A stretch of DNA of 64,000 bases from a virus (taxonomy: Duplodnaviria > Caudoviricetes), in the IMG/VR virus record IMGVR_UViG_3300031813_000003, positions 96,001 to 160,000 of that record; one strand, written 5' to 3'. This document shows, in pieces, positions 40,219 to 51,032 of this stretch (the first letter of the stretch is position 1; each line of letters starts with the position of its first letter). The position numbers were made by a program, and so were the translations under genes. Under the pieces are notes generated by a model. It was not told where the DNA came from and did no database searches. It was given only the letters and a program-made list of their open reading frames with translations.

Positions 40219-41545
40219 AAAGTTTTTTGATGATGAATTTAGTAGTTTTGCATCTTACTCAGCATTCAGGGGAATAGGTAACTTCATAGATGGAGCAAAA
40301 CCTTCATCCAGAAAGGTTATACATGCGGTCAAAAACCTCAAGGAGAAGACCAAGGTTGCCTCTTTAGCGGCAAGGATCGTGGATACCCTAGAGTACCTTC
40401 ATGGTCAGGTTTCCCTTGAAGGTGTTATATCTGGTATGGCTCAGAATTACCCAGGATCAAACAACATTAACATCCTTGAACCTAAAGGTGACTTTGGTTC
40501 TGTCTGTATCCAGAAAGCTGGTGCTTCACGTTACATCTATATCAACAAGGAAAAGATATACGATACCATATTCCGTTCAGTAGATGAACATGTTCTGATA
40601 GAACAAGAATTTGAAGGAACAAAGATTGAACCTCAGTTCTATGTTCCTATCATCCCTATGCTGCTGGTCAATGGATCAGAGGGTATTGGTACTGGATTCG
40701 CACAGAAGATTCTTCCTAGGAACATTAATGAGATAACCGAATATATCAAGAATGTCATATCTGGTAAAAAGAACAAGAATGACATATTGCCATACTTCAA
40801 TGGATTTAAGGGTGAGATAAAGAAACTTGATGGATTCTCCTATGAGATTTATGGCAAGTTCGAAAGACAGAACACTTCTACTATCTTGGTTACTGAACTT
40901 CCTATAGGGTATGACATTGAAAAATACTGTGCTATCCTAGCTAAACTGGAAGACGATAAGATTATAACTGACTTCACCGACAAATCTGAACCAAAAGAAA
41001 ATAAATTTCTCTTTGAGATAAAAGCAAGTAGAGAGTTTGTCAAGAAAGATGATGAATTTATTATCAATACCCTGAAGCTGATAAAACGTGTTACAGAGAA
41101 CTTTACTTGTATCGGTGAGAACAATGAAATAGTTGAATTCAAGTCTGATACAGAAATTCTTGATGGTTATATCAAAGTTCGATTGACTTACTATGAGAAG
41201 AGGAAAGCTTATCTAATAAAGAAGATCAAAGAAGACTTGATGATTGCTGGAAGTAAATTTTTCTTTGTTAAACTTGTCCTAGAAGATAAAATCAAGGTAT
41301 ACAGGCAAACCAAACAGTTTATCCTTGATCAGATTTCAGCTAATAGCAGTTTCCCTTTCTTTAAGGTAGATGATTCATTCAATTATCTGGTAAATATGCC
41401 AATCCATAGCTTCTCAACGGACACTATTTCCACCTTGAAAGAAGATATAGAAAAAAAGAAATTGCAATTAAAAGAGATTACTGATATAACTATACAGGAT
41501 ATGTGGCTCAAGGAGTTAAAAGAACTCCAGAAGGAACTTAAATGA
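40208..41545 (+). CDS. 52: Type II DNA topoisomerase medium subunit gp52
   Basis: IDG.KP..RK, YLHG..SL, GASRY (catalytic Tyr), P.LLVNG.EGIGTG, VTELP. Confidence 0.95.
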   Translation: MQIKKFFDDEFSSFASYSAFRGIGNFIDGAKPSSRKVIHAVKNLKEKTKVASLAARIVDTLEYLHGQVSLEGVISGMAQNYPGSNNINILEPKGDFGSVCIQKAGASRYIYINKEKIYDTIFRSVDEHVLIEQEFEGTKIEPQFYVPIIPMLLVNGSEGIGTGFAQKILPRNINEITEYIKNVISGKKNKNDILPYFNGFKGEIKKLDGFSYEIYGKFERQNTSTILVTELPIGYDIEKYCAILAKLEDDKIITDFTDKSEPKENKFLFEIKASREFVKKDDEFIINTLKLIKRVTENFTCIGENNEIVEFKSDTEILDGYIKVRLTYYEKRKAYLIKKIKEDLMIAGSKFFFVKLVLEDKIKVYRQTKQFILDQISANSSFPFFKVDDSFNYLVNMPIHSFSTDTISTLKEDIEKKKLQLKEITDITIQDMWLKELKELQKELK

Positions 41546-41708
41546 AAGAACAAACCATTAAAGATTTACAAGAAATGAAACGTAAAGTTATAAGGGAAAT
41601 GCCGCATATAAACTGTTTCCCTAGACCTTGGCTTAAATGCTCATGCTATAAACATAAGCTGATTTATGAATTAGATATTGCTATATTAAAAGTATCCAGG
41701 GAGCCTTA

Positions 41709-42038
41709 ATGAAAACTGAACGTGATAAATTTTTAACTGAATTTATGGGCGAATGTTGGCATGACGCTCTAACTTCGGATCAAGTATCTTTTGGTGAAAT
41801 ATGTGGATGTAGTCAATTCAAAGACAAGCATATAAATTTCTCAACATGGGAAGGATTTGGTATCTTATGGGAATGGGTATATAAACAGGATTTCTATAGT
41901 CACTTCATATGGAAGAATGATCCATTCAAAACTACATTACCTAGAATTGGATATGGTCCTGCTCATTCATTTTATGAATTTGGTCCTGATAAACTAGCAG
42001 ATCAGCTTTATGCTTTTCTAAAAGAGGACAATAAATGA
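41709..42038 (+). CDS. Hypothetical protein
   Basis: SD and ORF. Confidence 0.55.
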   Translation: MKTERDKFLTEFMGECWHDALTSDQVSFGEICGCSQFKDKHINFSTWEGFGILWEWVYKQDFYSHFIWKNDPFKTTLPRIGYGPAHSFYEFGPDKLADQLYAFLKEDNK

Positions 42039-42192
42039 TTAGTAGAAAAAATAGAAGGTAAGGCTTTCCCGAAAGGAATTTGGTACTACCTAGGAAGAGG
42101 ATGTGGGGTTGGTTTTGGAATAAATTTTACTAAACCTATCGGGTTTAGGATAAACAGATTCTGGAAAATCATTACATATAATGGAGAACCAA

Positions 42193-43026
42193 ATGAAAAT
42201 TAGAATATGTTCAGACCTGCATACTGAATTCATCAAGTTCAACAAAATAGAGAAGACCTTGAATAGGATACTTCCAATCGATACTGAAGATAAGGATACC
42301 ATTCTGGTCTGTGCAGGGGATATCGGAACTTACAGATACTATACATCTACATACAAACCCTTCTTCAGAATCATGTCTGAGCGATTCAGGAAGGTCATTG
42401 TAGTGCCTGGAAACCACAGCTGGTACTCTAGCTCTGTTTGGGGCATAGAAGCGTCTATATGGGACGATAAGAAGGTTCCTGATAATGTTCATTATCTTGA
42501 TAACAAATCCCTCGTTGTTGATGATGTTCTCTTCATAGGATCGGCTTTGTGGACTGACTTCTTTAGACAAGACCCATTTGCTATGCAGTATGCATCTAGG
42601 AACATGTCAGACTTTGAACTCATTAAGAAATCAACCCCTGAAATTAGGGCTGATTACGGTCAGATCATTGCTACTAATAGGGTGCTGCCATTTGATACTG
42701 TGATTCGTCACAAGGAATCCGTAGCATTCATTAAAAGTGAATTGGAGAAACATAACGACATGAAAACCGTTATGGTTAGTCATCATGCCCCTACTGCTAT
42801 GAGTGTCCCTGAAAGATTCAAGGGTGCTTCTCTGAATGGTGCGTATTACAGCAATCTGGAAGATATCATGCTGGATAACAATCAGATTAAGTATTGGATT
42901 CACGGTCACATGCATGATAGCACGTCATATGAAGTTGGTAGTACTCAAGTTATATGCAATCCTTTCGGTTATTACTACAAGATGGAGAATATGAACTTCG
43001 TTGGAAATTTGGTTAAGGAGATTTGA
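42193..43026 (+). CDS. Calcineurin-like metallophosphoesterase
   Basis: SDLH, AGDI, PGNH, HHAP, WIHGHMH, CNP.GY. Confidence 0.9.
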   Translation: MKIRICSDLHTEFIKFNKIEKTLNRILPIDTEDKDTILVCAGDIGTYRYYTSTYKPFFRIMSERFRKVIVVPGNHSWYSSSVWGIEASIWDDKKVPDNVHYLDNKSLVVDDVLFIGSALWTDFFRQDPFAMQYASRNMSDFELIKKSTPEIRADYGQIIATNRVLPFDTVIRHKESVAFIKSELEKHNDMKTVMVSHHAPTAMSVPERFKGASLNGAYYSNLEDIMLDNNQIKYWIHGHMHDSTSYEVGSTQVICNPFGYYYKMENMNFVGNLVKEI

Positions 43027-43415
43027 TGTTCAATAAGACAACTGATAAGAAAGTTTTACATGCTGTATATTGTGAGGGTAGATTTCGTTTTTGGTTATAT
43101 CTAGGTTCTTCATATAATACATATCACGATATGATCACATGGTGTAAGGTGAAGTACTTTAAATTCACAAACAAGACACAGAAAGAAGCATTGAAGTATC
43201 TTGGGGAATATAATGAATACTATAATGGTAAGTCATATAGATGCCCTGAGTGCCAAGGACACTTCAAAGGATCAGTAAATTTTGAAGAACATATATCAAA
43301 GGTTCATGGGTATCCTAGGGATATGGATATCGAAGCTCTTTTAGCAAAAAACTATGTTCCTACAGATAGAGGATATGTTAAAAAGGCTGATTCGAATTAT
43401 TTGAAATACTTATAA
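43023..43415 (+). CDS. Hypothetical protein with a C2H2-like zinc finger
   Basis: YRCPECQGHF.....FEEHI..VH. Confidence 0.55.
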   Translation: MMFNKTTDKKVLHAVYCEGRFRFWLYLGSSYNTYHDMITWCKVKYFKFTNKTQKEALKYLGEYNEYYNGKSYRCPECQGHFKGSVNFEEHISKVHGYPRDMDIEALLAKNYVPTDRGYVKKADSNYLKYL

Positions 43416-43544
43416 TTTAATATTATCAACTACTTAGAAGGGGGTCTAATTTATTTTAGATTTCTTTCATTTTTAATTGACAAATAAATCCGAATATAAT
43501 ATGGTGATCTTCCAGTTTAAAAATAACTAATAGGAGATTAAGAC

Positions 43545-43856
43545 ATGGCGAATACAACTCCTGAAGAATTGGCAAAGGCACTTTCGGATTTCGTTAATGT
43601 CCTTGGTGGACATACTAAAGAAGAAGACGAATTCATTGGTTTGGTTTTGAGTGATCATAGAACCCTCCAACAGAATACCTTTCGGTTGATATACAAGCTG
43701 ATTAAAGCTTGGGCAATCGAAGGTGAACGAAGTAATTTTGATCTGCGCAACGAAGCAACATTAAAAGCGTGTATCAAGATAACTAAATGTTTGGAAGACG
43801 AGGGGGTATGGATTTTTCTTGCCGTATATTTAAAATTAACTAAAAATAATATTTGA
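43545..43856 (+). CDS. Conserved phage hypothetical protein (3' end probably frameshifted)
   Basis: HRTLQQ...DLRNEA; own promoter TTGACA-17-TATGGT at 43477. Confidence 0.6.
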   Translation: MANTTPEELAKALSDFVNVLGGHTKEEDEFIGLVLSDHRTLQQNTFRLIYKLIKAWAIEGERSNFDLRNEATLKACIKITKCLEDEGVWIFLAVYLKLTKNNI

Positions 43857-43958
43857 CAAAGAAAAAAATTTAAAGTATCATCTGATTATGTCGATCATGT
43901 TATTATCTTATGGAGATCGTGGAAGTTAACATCAACACTAACCAAAGGAGAATACATC

Positions 43959-44627
43959 ATGGGAAGCTTAGTCGAAATGTCTGCGAAAATCGTACTGGAA
44001 AGAGGTAAGAGTAATCTTTCATCAGAGGAACTCATTGGAGAAATTCAGAAAATCTACACCGCACTGAACGCAATCGAAGGAAATACTCCGATTGTTGCAC
44101 CTACCCAGGAGCAAGAAAAAGAACAGGAAATATCACATATCCATATTGCACCTTCGATGGTTGGTGTGAACCCTCTGGATACCATTGGTGACACCGAAGT
44201 TAAATGCCTGATATGTGGTCAAGGTGGAATGACCGTCCTCAAACAACACCTGACCAGAGAACACAAAATGACTCCTGTGGATTATAAATCCAAATTTGGG
44301 ATTCCTAGCAGGGTGTCCCTCGTCAGCAAGTCATATCACGATCAGCGCAGTCAGGTTGCAAGGGCAAGCGGGTTGGGCAAGAAGAAAGCAGTTGCTGCTC
44401 CTGCGAAGGTAGTGAAAGTTGCGAAGTCCCAGGGTGCAGTTACTCCTATCTCTGGTGCTGTCAATACAGGGTCTGCAAAAAAGCACAACGGCAGGCCGTT
44501 GACTTCTGCCAAGAATCATAATTCACAAGGGGATGGTCTGGTTGCTTCTGAAGCTCCCAAGTTGAATCGCTTCATGAACACTCCGCACATCATCAGGAGG
44601 AAATCGTCTATCCCTCATAATAATTAA
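43959..44627 (+). CDS. Ros/MucR-family transcriptional regulator with a long basic disordered tail
   Basis: LVE...IV...EL..EI..IY.AL; CLICG...LKQHL...H.MTP..Y..KFG.P...LV..SY...RS..A...GLG; promoter TTGACA-17-TATCAT at 43853. Confidence 0.85.
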   Translation: MGSLVEMSAKIVLERGKSNLSSEELIGEIQKIYTALNAIEGNTPIVAPTQEQEKEQEISHIHIAPSMVGVNPLDTIGDTEVKCLICGQGGMTVLKQHLTREHKMTPVDYKSKFGIPSRVSLVSKSYHDQRSQVARASGLGKKKAVAAPAKVVKVAKSQGAVTPISGAVNTGSAKKHNGRPLTSAKNHNSQGDGLVASEAPKLNRFMNTPHIIRRKSSIPHNN

Positions 44628-44650
44628 CAACAAGACCTTCACTAATTAAA

Positions 44651-44712
44651 TTGACAAGAAATCTCCTTTGTGTTAGATTGAATCATAATCTAAACACAAA
44701 GGAGATTTCTTT
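44651..44712 (+). promoter_or_regulatory. sigma70-type promoter in a long anti-SD hairpin
   Basis: TTGACA-17-TAGATT; AAGAAATCTCCTTTGTGTT/AACACAAAGGAGATTTCTT (19-bp inverted repeat). Confidence 0.8.
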
Positions 44713-45309
44713 ATGAAAAGCTATGTAAATGAACTTCGGGATGTTCCTTCCAGTATGAATGGTCACCGTGCGGGTCTTGATGAAAAGGAATTCGAAGTAT
44801 TCTTTACATCTTGCCCTAGTAGGGGTAAATATTTTGCAATGGGATTCATTGGCAAGGGCAAGAAACATAATTTTTATTATTCCTTCTCCAGTGAAGAAAA
44901 GATGTACAACTACATTGATAGTTTCTGTAACCAGTGTGCTGCTGATCTTGAATCAAAGAAAGCCAGAAAGGAAGCAGCTAAGAAGTTGAACACAGAAGTC
45001 ACTTGCGAGGTTGGACAGATTTTCAAATACTCTTGGGGATACGATCAAACCAACGTTGACTTCTATCAGGTCACTGAAGTCAGGGGTAAAAAAGTTACCC
45101 TCAGAGAGATCGGTTACAAAACCGTGAGAGGTAGTGAAGGGTTTATGTGTGATCATGTGACTCCTGTGAAAGATAATTTTATTACTACTCATACTATTAC
45201 CAAAATTCTTCATGCTGGTTACAAAGGTGTTCCCTCCTTCACTATGCCTTATGGTTCGTTGACGTTGACTTCTGAAAATGAAAAATCATACAGGTCATGG
45301 TATGCATAA
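44713..45309 (+). CDS. Conserved phage hypothetical protein
   Basis: SWGYDQTNVDFYQV motif. Confidence 0.7.
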   Translation: MKSYVNELRDVPSSMNGHRAGLDEKEFEVFFTSCPSRGKYFAMGFIGKGKKHNFYYSFSSEEKMYNYIDSFCNQCAADLESKKARKEAAKKLNTEVTCEVGQIFKYSWGYDQTNVDFYQVTEVRGKKVTLREIGYKTVRGSEGFMCDHVTPVKDNFITTHTITKILHAGYKGVPSFTMPYGSLTLTSENEKSYRSWYA

Positions 45310-45534
45310 TGAGAAATGAATTAACTGAACTTATCGATGATATGCTTGATCGTATGCCTCACCATCCATTGAATAAAATGACTTGGGTTGGTAGAGGTTA
45401 TAACAAACAACAGATGATTGACCAATTACTGGAACTTAAAACATTGGCAAGCAAATATGATCTCACTATACTTTGTGCTAAACAACATACTTCTGAGAAT
45501 GAAGCACATAATGAAATGATCAAAAAGGTGATGA

Positions 45535-46059
45535 ATGAAGAAGCTATCTAAAACCAATAAGGCAAGAGTTGATGATATTGATAAAAGGGATTGTCAAGCA
45601 GGACATTTCATCAAAAGAATGCGGCAGAGACTAGGCATTACCATAACTGAGGAACAGTTTGAACATCTGGTTTCTTGTATCAAAAACGAACGAGAATCCC
45701 CTTTATGCCAGATGAAGTATCTGCGCAATCAAACTATCAGGTTGATGGTTTGGGAGCTTAAATTCCCTAATTGTGACCCTGTGAACGTCATTTATGACTG
45801 CCATAGGAAAGCAATTGTCACTATCCTCTTTCAGAACGATGAAATTGAGGTAAGCCACTACTATGACATTTTCAATAACAAGGTGAACGTCAAGCATACC
45901 CTAGGCTATAACCGTATGTGGGCTATACGGGATGGAGTATTGGTAATCCCCAATGAAACCATAAAGTTCTGTAATGGAATTTGGGAAGTAATTTCTGACG
46001 GAATTTTGTTTGGGAAACAATTTAAACTTGACAACGATGACCTAATTGAGGTAATGTAA
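45535..46059 (+). CDS. Hypothetical protein
   Basis: Overlapping ORF; H...R..QR.G and VIYD....IVT. Confidence 0.55.
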   Translation: MKKLSKTNKARVDDIDKRDCQAGHFIKRMRQRLGITITEEQFEHLVSCIKNERESPLCQMKYLRNQTIRLMVWELKFPNCDPVNVIYDCHRKAIVTILFQNDEIEVSHYYDIFNNKVNVKHTLGYNRMWAIRDGVLVIPNETIKFCNGIWEVISDGILFGKQFKLDNDDLIEVM

Positions 46060-46834
46060 TGACAGTCGATCATGAAGCAGTGGCAAAATCAATTCTTGAA
46101 TTGATTCATAATGGAGCAAGCTACCAAATGATCGGTAACTATCTTTCACACGTTTATAAAGAAAAAGAAGTTAACCCTTCTTCATGGGCTAGAGCAGTTG
46201 ATAAACAATCTGGTGCTTTTACCCAAGATGAAATTGATGAGGCAACCAGATGGAAATAGTTGATGATTTGAAAGCACATATTATCGGTAATGTTTCTGAT
46301 GATGCTAAATGTCAGCATATGATGTATATGTTTGCTGGTTATAGAGCATACATAATAGGGGATTATACACATCCATATTCACCTAGATCAGCTAGACAAG
46401 ATTCATTTGAAATAGGTGTTAATATGGCAATGTGTGATAAATTAAAAGATAATACTTCTTTATAAGGTTTCTAAAATGAGTAACGGTAGATCAATCAGAG
46501 AAGAGGCGGAACTTACATTTGGGCAACATTGTGTTGAAGTACTTACACATTTGCTATTATTCAAAATGATTCATTTTAAGAGCTTGGGAAAAGCATTGAA
46601 GAAAATTGGTGGTGATTTTGTTTTGTTTTTACTTAACATCATTTTTATCAGCTTCTTTTTTATTATAATCCCTCTTGCTGCGTATCTTCGTGGGAAATAC
46701 GCAAAGAAAGTTCTTGCTGCTTACCCTACTCCTGAATATGGGTCTGAATGGAAAAAGAAATGGAAGACTGAATTGTAAGGAATACTACCCTGTGTATCTT
46801 ACAAAATCCTTTCACAAAACACTAAATAACATCA

Positions 46835-46853
46835 GCTAGAGATAGACTTTAGC
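46835..46853 (+). promoter_or_regulatory. G-AUAGA-C loop hairpin upstream of NMNAT-Nudix
   Basis: GCTAGAG-ATAGA-CTTTAGC; same loop upstream of NAMPT. Confidence 0.6.
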
Positions 46854-46879
46854 CATATCAAATAACATTAGGGGTTCTA

Positions 46880-47938
46880 ATGACACAGAAAAAAGAGTAC
46901 GACTATTCCGTAGTGATTTGCCGTTGCAATCCTCCACACCTTGGGCACAAAGACCTGATTGATTTCGCACTCTCACAAAGTGAGAAGGTTATCATCTTGC
47001 TAGGGTCTGCGCATCGCCCTAGAACAATCAAAAATCCATTCAAATGGCATGAACGTATGCTCATGATTGAATCCATGTATTCCGTATCTGTGGGTAAATT
47101 CATCTTTAAACCACTGAATGATTATATGTACAACAATCAAAAGTGGGCAATGGAAGTTCAAAACACAATTGATCTTGCAATTGAAGAAGACAATAGTGAT
47201 CCTGATACTGCTAAAGTTTGCCTTGTCGGAAATATAAAGGATGATAGTTCTTGGTATCTGTCTATCTTCCCGCAGTTTCCTTTGATTACTTCTGAATTCA
47301 AAAAGTTTGTGGGTAAAGAAATTCTATCTGCAACTCAGATTAGAAAGATCATGTTCGAATCTGATACAACTGAGACAATGAAAAAGCTTGAGCCTCATGT
47401 TCATAAAGGTGTTCGTCTTTATATTCAGGAATTTATGAAGACAAAAGAATTCGGAAAGCTTGCAATGGAACATGCATACATCAGGGACTATAAGAAATCT
47501 TGGGAAGCTGCACCGTATCCTCCAACTTTTGTAACAACTGATATTCTACTTATTCAATCTGGTCATGTACTTCTGATTGAACGTAGAGCAGAACCTGGGC
47601 GAGGTTTGTTTGCGATGCCTGGAGGATTTTTAAATCAAAATGAACTTATTGTAGATGGTGCAATTCGTGAACTACACGAAGAGACTAGGCTCAAAGTACC
47701 TATTCCTGTATTGAAAGGTAATATCAAAGAGGTAAAAGTCTTTGACAACATAAACCGTAGCTCAAGAGGAAGAACTATTACACATGTTGTTCATATAGAA
47801 CTTCCTGATGGCACACTACCAAGAGTAAAGGGGAATGATGATGCAAGTAGAGCATTCTGGTTACCATTGAAAGATATTAAAGCTGATACTTTTTTCGAAG
47901 ACCATATAGATATTATTCAGTCTGTTGTTGGTGTTTAG
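46880..47938 (+). CDS. Bifunctional NMN adenylyltransferase / ADP-ribose Nudix hydrolase (NadM-Nudix, NatV-like)
   Basis: R.NPPHLGH, LGSA..PR..KNPF, SATQIR, APYPPTFVT.D; Nudix box GG...E.......REL.EET; FFEDH. Confidence 0.95.
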   Translation: MTQKKEYDYSVVICRCNPPHLGHKDLIDFALSQSEKVIILLGSAHRPRTIKNPFKWHERMLMIESMYSVSVGKFIFKPLNDYMYNNQKWAMEVQNTIDLAIEEDNSDPDTAKVCLVGNIKDDSSWYLSIFPQFPLITSEFKKFVGKEILSATQIRKIMFESDTTETMKKLEPHVHKGVRLYIQEFMKTKEFGKLAMEHAYIRDYKKSWEAAPYPPTFVTTDILLIQSGHVLLIERRAEPGRGLFAMPGGFLNQNELIVDGAIRELHEETRLKVPIPVLKGNIKEVKVFDNINRSSRGRTITHVVHIELPDGTLPRVKGNDDASRAFWLPLKDIKADTFFEDHIDIIQSVVGV

Positions 47939-47944
47939 TGAGTA

Positions 47945-48000
47945 TTTATTCTCCCATATAAATAGTTATGTATCAATAAAAACTTATATGGGAGAATAAA
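47945..48000 (+). promoter_or_regulatory. Late promoter TATAAATA inside an SD-sequestering hairpin
   Basis: TTTATTCTCCCATATAA/TTATATGGGAGAATAAA; TATAAATA at 47957. Confidence 0.8.
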
Positions 48001-48601
48001 ATGTTAAAGAATGAAAGATTGGATATAACTGGTGAAGTATATAATAGATTGACTGCTATCAAGTTTGTTAAACAGCATCCAACTATGAGAAGAAGTATGT
48101 GGTTGTTTAAATGTGAATGTGGAAAAGAACTAGTATGTGATATGGTTACTGTTAGGAATGGGACTAGAACTAGTTGTGGTTGTTTACGATTAGAAAGAGT
48201 GAGTATATTTAATAAAAAAATCATAGAAAGACATATGGAGAATCTTGCAAAAAGTTGTATATAATAGTTATAAAAGTGGTGCTAAAACTAGAAATTTACC
48301 ATTTGATATAACTAGGGAGTTATTTAATGAATTAATAACTAAACCATGTTATTATTGCGGTGCAGAACCAAATAATAAAGCAACTGTAGCATGGAATGAT
48401 GATGTATATGTGTACCAAGGTATTGATAGAATAGATAACTTATTAGGATATACAAAGGAAAATTGTGTTCCTTGTTGTAAACAATGCAATTTAGGTAAAC
48501 GAGATTTATCTAGTAAAGATTTTTTAGAATGGATAACATCTGTACACCTTCACTCAATAAAGGGCAACTATGATAGAACTAATACAATCACCAGCTGTTA
48601 A
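48001..48601 (+). mobile_element. HNH homing endonuclease, split into two ORFs by indels
   Basis: DITG..YNRLT...W.FKCECG...SCGC, then C.YCG...GIDRIDN..GY...N.VPCC..CN..K. Confidence 0.8.
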
Positions 48602-49070
48602 AACATTCGAAGACTTTAACAAATTCTATTACGATACCAACAAATTGTTTCTAGGTGGTGGAATTAGTAATTGTCCTGATTGGCAACATTATATCAGTCT
48701 TAAATTTAAGCGGTATGATGGTGACTTGATGGTGTTCAATCCTAGGAGAGTTGGTGATCTAGCACCAGTTGGAAGTGAAGCTAGAACACAAATTCTTTGG
48801 GAACATCTTTACCTGATGCAGTCTTCCGCAATCCTTTTCTGGTTTCCTTGTGAAACAGTTTGTCCTATAACACTTTTCGAACTTGGGGTATGGGCAACCA
48901 GATACAAAGATACACCAGAGAATTTGATTATTGGCGCTCATCCTGATTACTCTAGGAAGTTTGATTTGGAAGTTCAACTTGAATTAATCAACCCTAGGAT
49001 CAAGATTCATTACAATTTAGACTCACTATTTCAAGGAGTTGTGAGTAGATTTGACTTAAAGGAGAAATAA
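48570..49070 (+). CDS. Nucleoside 2-deoxyribosyltransferase-like protein
   Basis: LFLGGGI...PDWQ, FNPRR, QI.WE, PITLFELG. Confidence 0.8.
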   Translation: MIELIQSPAVKTFEDFNKFYYDTNKLFLGGGISNCPDWQHYISLKFKRYDGDLMVFNPRRVGDLAPVGSEARTQILWEHLYLMQSSAILFWFPCETVCPITLFELGVWATRYKDTPENLIIGAHPDYSRKFDLEVQLELINPRIKIHYNLDSLFQGVVSRFDLKEK

Positions 49071-49071
49071 A

Positions 49072-49596
49072 TTGCGTTTGTATACTTTTATTAATATGTA
49101 TCTTTCCCCTATCCAAGCAGGGATTCAGTCTGCACATATCCTTGGGGAACTTCACAACAAAGCAGACTTCAATACAATTGTTACTAGAAGTGATGAATCT
49201 TATGGTAATGAATGTAATGTAGTTTACACCAAACGTAGTCTTATGACTAAAGATTACTCTCAGAATCATAAAACTATTGTTGTTTGTAGTGGTGGTAATG
49301 CTGCCAACATTCGTGAATACATCAAGTTCTTTGATTCTCCAGAGAATCTATATCCTTGGATACATTTTAACGAGGATCAAGACTCTCTGGATGGTGCCTT
49401 GACAGGGGTTGGTATTATTCTTCCAGAAGAAATTTACGAAGTCGAAGTTTCATTTGAAAATTACAAAACTTTTAGTGGTGACTTTGAAAAAATTAAGGTT
49501 TTTACTAATAAAATCACAGGTGTTAGATATGGTGATTCTACCAGTTATATTTACCAGTTGATAAACAAAATAAAATCTGCTCCCCTCTTTAAATAA
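49072..49596 (+). CDS. Peptidyl-tRNA hydrolase 2-like phage protein
   Basis: NMYLS.IQAGIQSAH, HKTIVV..GG, F.ED..SL.GALT.VG. Confidence 0.55.
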   Translation: MRLYTFINMYLSPIQAGIQSAHILGELHNKADFNTIVTRSDESYGNECNVVYTKRSLMTKDYSQNHKTIVVCSGGNAANIREYIKFFDSPENLYPWIHFNEDQDSLDGALTGVGIILPEEIYEVEVSFENYKTFSGDFEKIKVFTNKITGVRYGDSTSYIYQLINKIKSAPLFK

Positions 49597-49599
49597 TAA

Positions 49600-49658
49600 T
49601 TGACGTAAAATCAAATCTCCTGTAAGGTGTATCTATACTTACAAACAAAGGAGATTTC
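49600..49658 (+). promoter_or_regulatory. sigma70-type promoter with an anti-SD arm, heading the radical SAM cluster
   Basis: TTGACG-17-TAAGGT; AAATCTCCT/AGGAGATTT. Confidence 0.65.
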
Positions 49659-49974
49659 AATATGTCTGCCCTCAAGGTGATAAAATCAATTTCAACTAAA
49701 AATTTCATATTTGCATTGTTTAATCAATATATTGGATTCACCCATAACAACAAATTCACTCCTTGGAAATGGAGACAGGATTTGGGATATATCAAAGTGG
49801 TGAGGAAATGAAATTTCAAACATTGAAATGTTTCTTCGGATTTCACCAAATGATTGAAATCATCACAATAATTAGGGGTGATATATTTAACCTTAACTAC
49901 TTCCATTGTAAACATTGCGGATATGATGCATTACAACCTCGTCTTGATAGACTTTACGGTAAAGGAAATCAGAA

Positions 49975-50772
49975 ATGAAAGAGATTCGTAAAAGAGAATT
50001 TGCTAATGGATCGGTTCACTGTCTTCAACTGGAAGATGGTATGCTGATTGAAACCACTGACACATTTCTCCCCTACTACACCAAGAACTGCACAAATGGC
50101 AATAATTCGCTTCAGGATGCTAATCTAGGGGATAGAAGCGAAAGATGGATGGTTGGTGTGTCTACCATGTCGGGATGCCCTGTAGGGTGTAAATTCTGCG
50201 CCACAGGACAGATGAAAGGGTGGAGAAACCTTACAGCATCTGAAATTACAGAGCAAGTACTTTTTGTTATGGGAAAAAACAACAAAAGTATATATGAAAT
50301 TAAAAACCCTAAACATAGTAAGGAATTTAAAATCAACTATACTCGCATGGGAGAACCGTTTCTCAATATTGAAAATGTTAAACGTGCAATTGATAAGGTA
50401 AGTTATTTCATTCCAAACACACATCACTACGTTTCCACTGTAGGGATTAAAGGTTCTGACTTCAGTTGGATCAAGGGCAACATTACCCTCCAGATCAGTC
50501 TTCATAGTCTGGATGAAAATCGTAGACATGAACTGATTCCAATCAACAACCTCATGAGCATTGAAGAACTTGGGCAAATTAGAACCAATAGCAATCTGAA
50601 AACAACTGTCAATCTGACTTTGGTTGATGAAGCAGACTTCGATATTGAGAAGCTGAAGAAATATTTCGACCCTGAATTTTTCTTCATTAAACTTAGCCCT
50701 ATCAACAAGAATGTGATTTCTGAACAGAATCATCTTGGGGAAGGTATAATCAAAGTGAGGAACATTATTTAA
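49975..50772 (+). CDS. RlmN/Cfr-like class A radical SAM protein, C-terminally truncated, Cys118-equivalent is Gly
   Basis: IET, VGVSTMSGCPVGCKFCATG, RNLTASEI.EQV, MGEP..N, VSTVG, ISLH, R..LIPIN, IKLSPIN; no CGQL. Confidence 0.85.
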   Translation: MKEIRKREFANGSVHCLQLEDGMLIETTDTFLPYYTKNCTNGNNSLQDANLGDRSERWMVGVSTMSGCPVGCKFCATGQMKGWRNLTASEITEQVLFVMGKNNKSIYEIKNPKHSKEFKINYTRMGEPFLNIENVKRAIDKVSYFIPNTHHYVSTVGIKGSDFSWIKGNITLQISLHSLDENRRHELIPINNLMSIEELGQIRTNSNLKTTVNLTLVDEADFDIEKLKKYFDPEFFFIKLSPINKNVISEQNHLGEGIIKVRNII

Positions 50773-51032
50773 TGCCATACTATCTGTTAATGATCCTATT
50801 AGGATTTCTGTTAAGGTACTTCTTTCAAGCAACCGGTATAGCTGTACTAACATTTTTGTGTTTGTTCATTGGATTTATTTGGCTTTGGCGAGCGCAGGAG
50901 ATCGAACAAATATTACCAATGATATTCTTGGTTGTTACTGTTGTATCTAGCGCAAGTGCTTGGGCAACATGGTATTTTGTTAATGGTAAAACTTGTGTTG
51001 GAGATTTTCTAAAACATTATATATTGAGGTAA
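50772..51032 (+). CDS. Small membrane protein
   Basis: Two to three hydrophobic helices. Confidence 0.6.
   Translation: MPYYLLMILLGFLLRYFFQATGIAVLTFLCLFIGFIWLWRAQEIEQILPMIFLVVTVVSSASAWATWYFVNGKTCVGDFLKHYILR

Noticed and set aside
5375-41545. Introns or inteins in thyX, nrdJ, polymerase or topoisomerase
   Set aside because: The ORFs are continuous and of expected length, with no intein splice motifs noticed.
49941-49956. Third GATAGAC near the radical SAM gene
   Set aside because: The flanks do not form a stem around the ATAGA loop.
50125-50853. 242-aa minus-strand ORF
   Set aside because: Antisense shadow of the RlmN-like gene.
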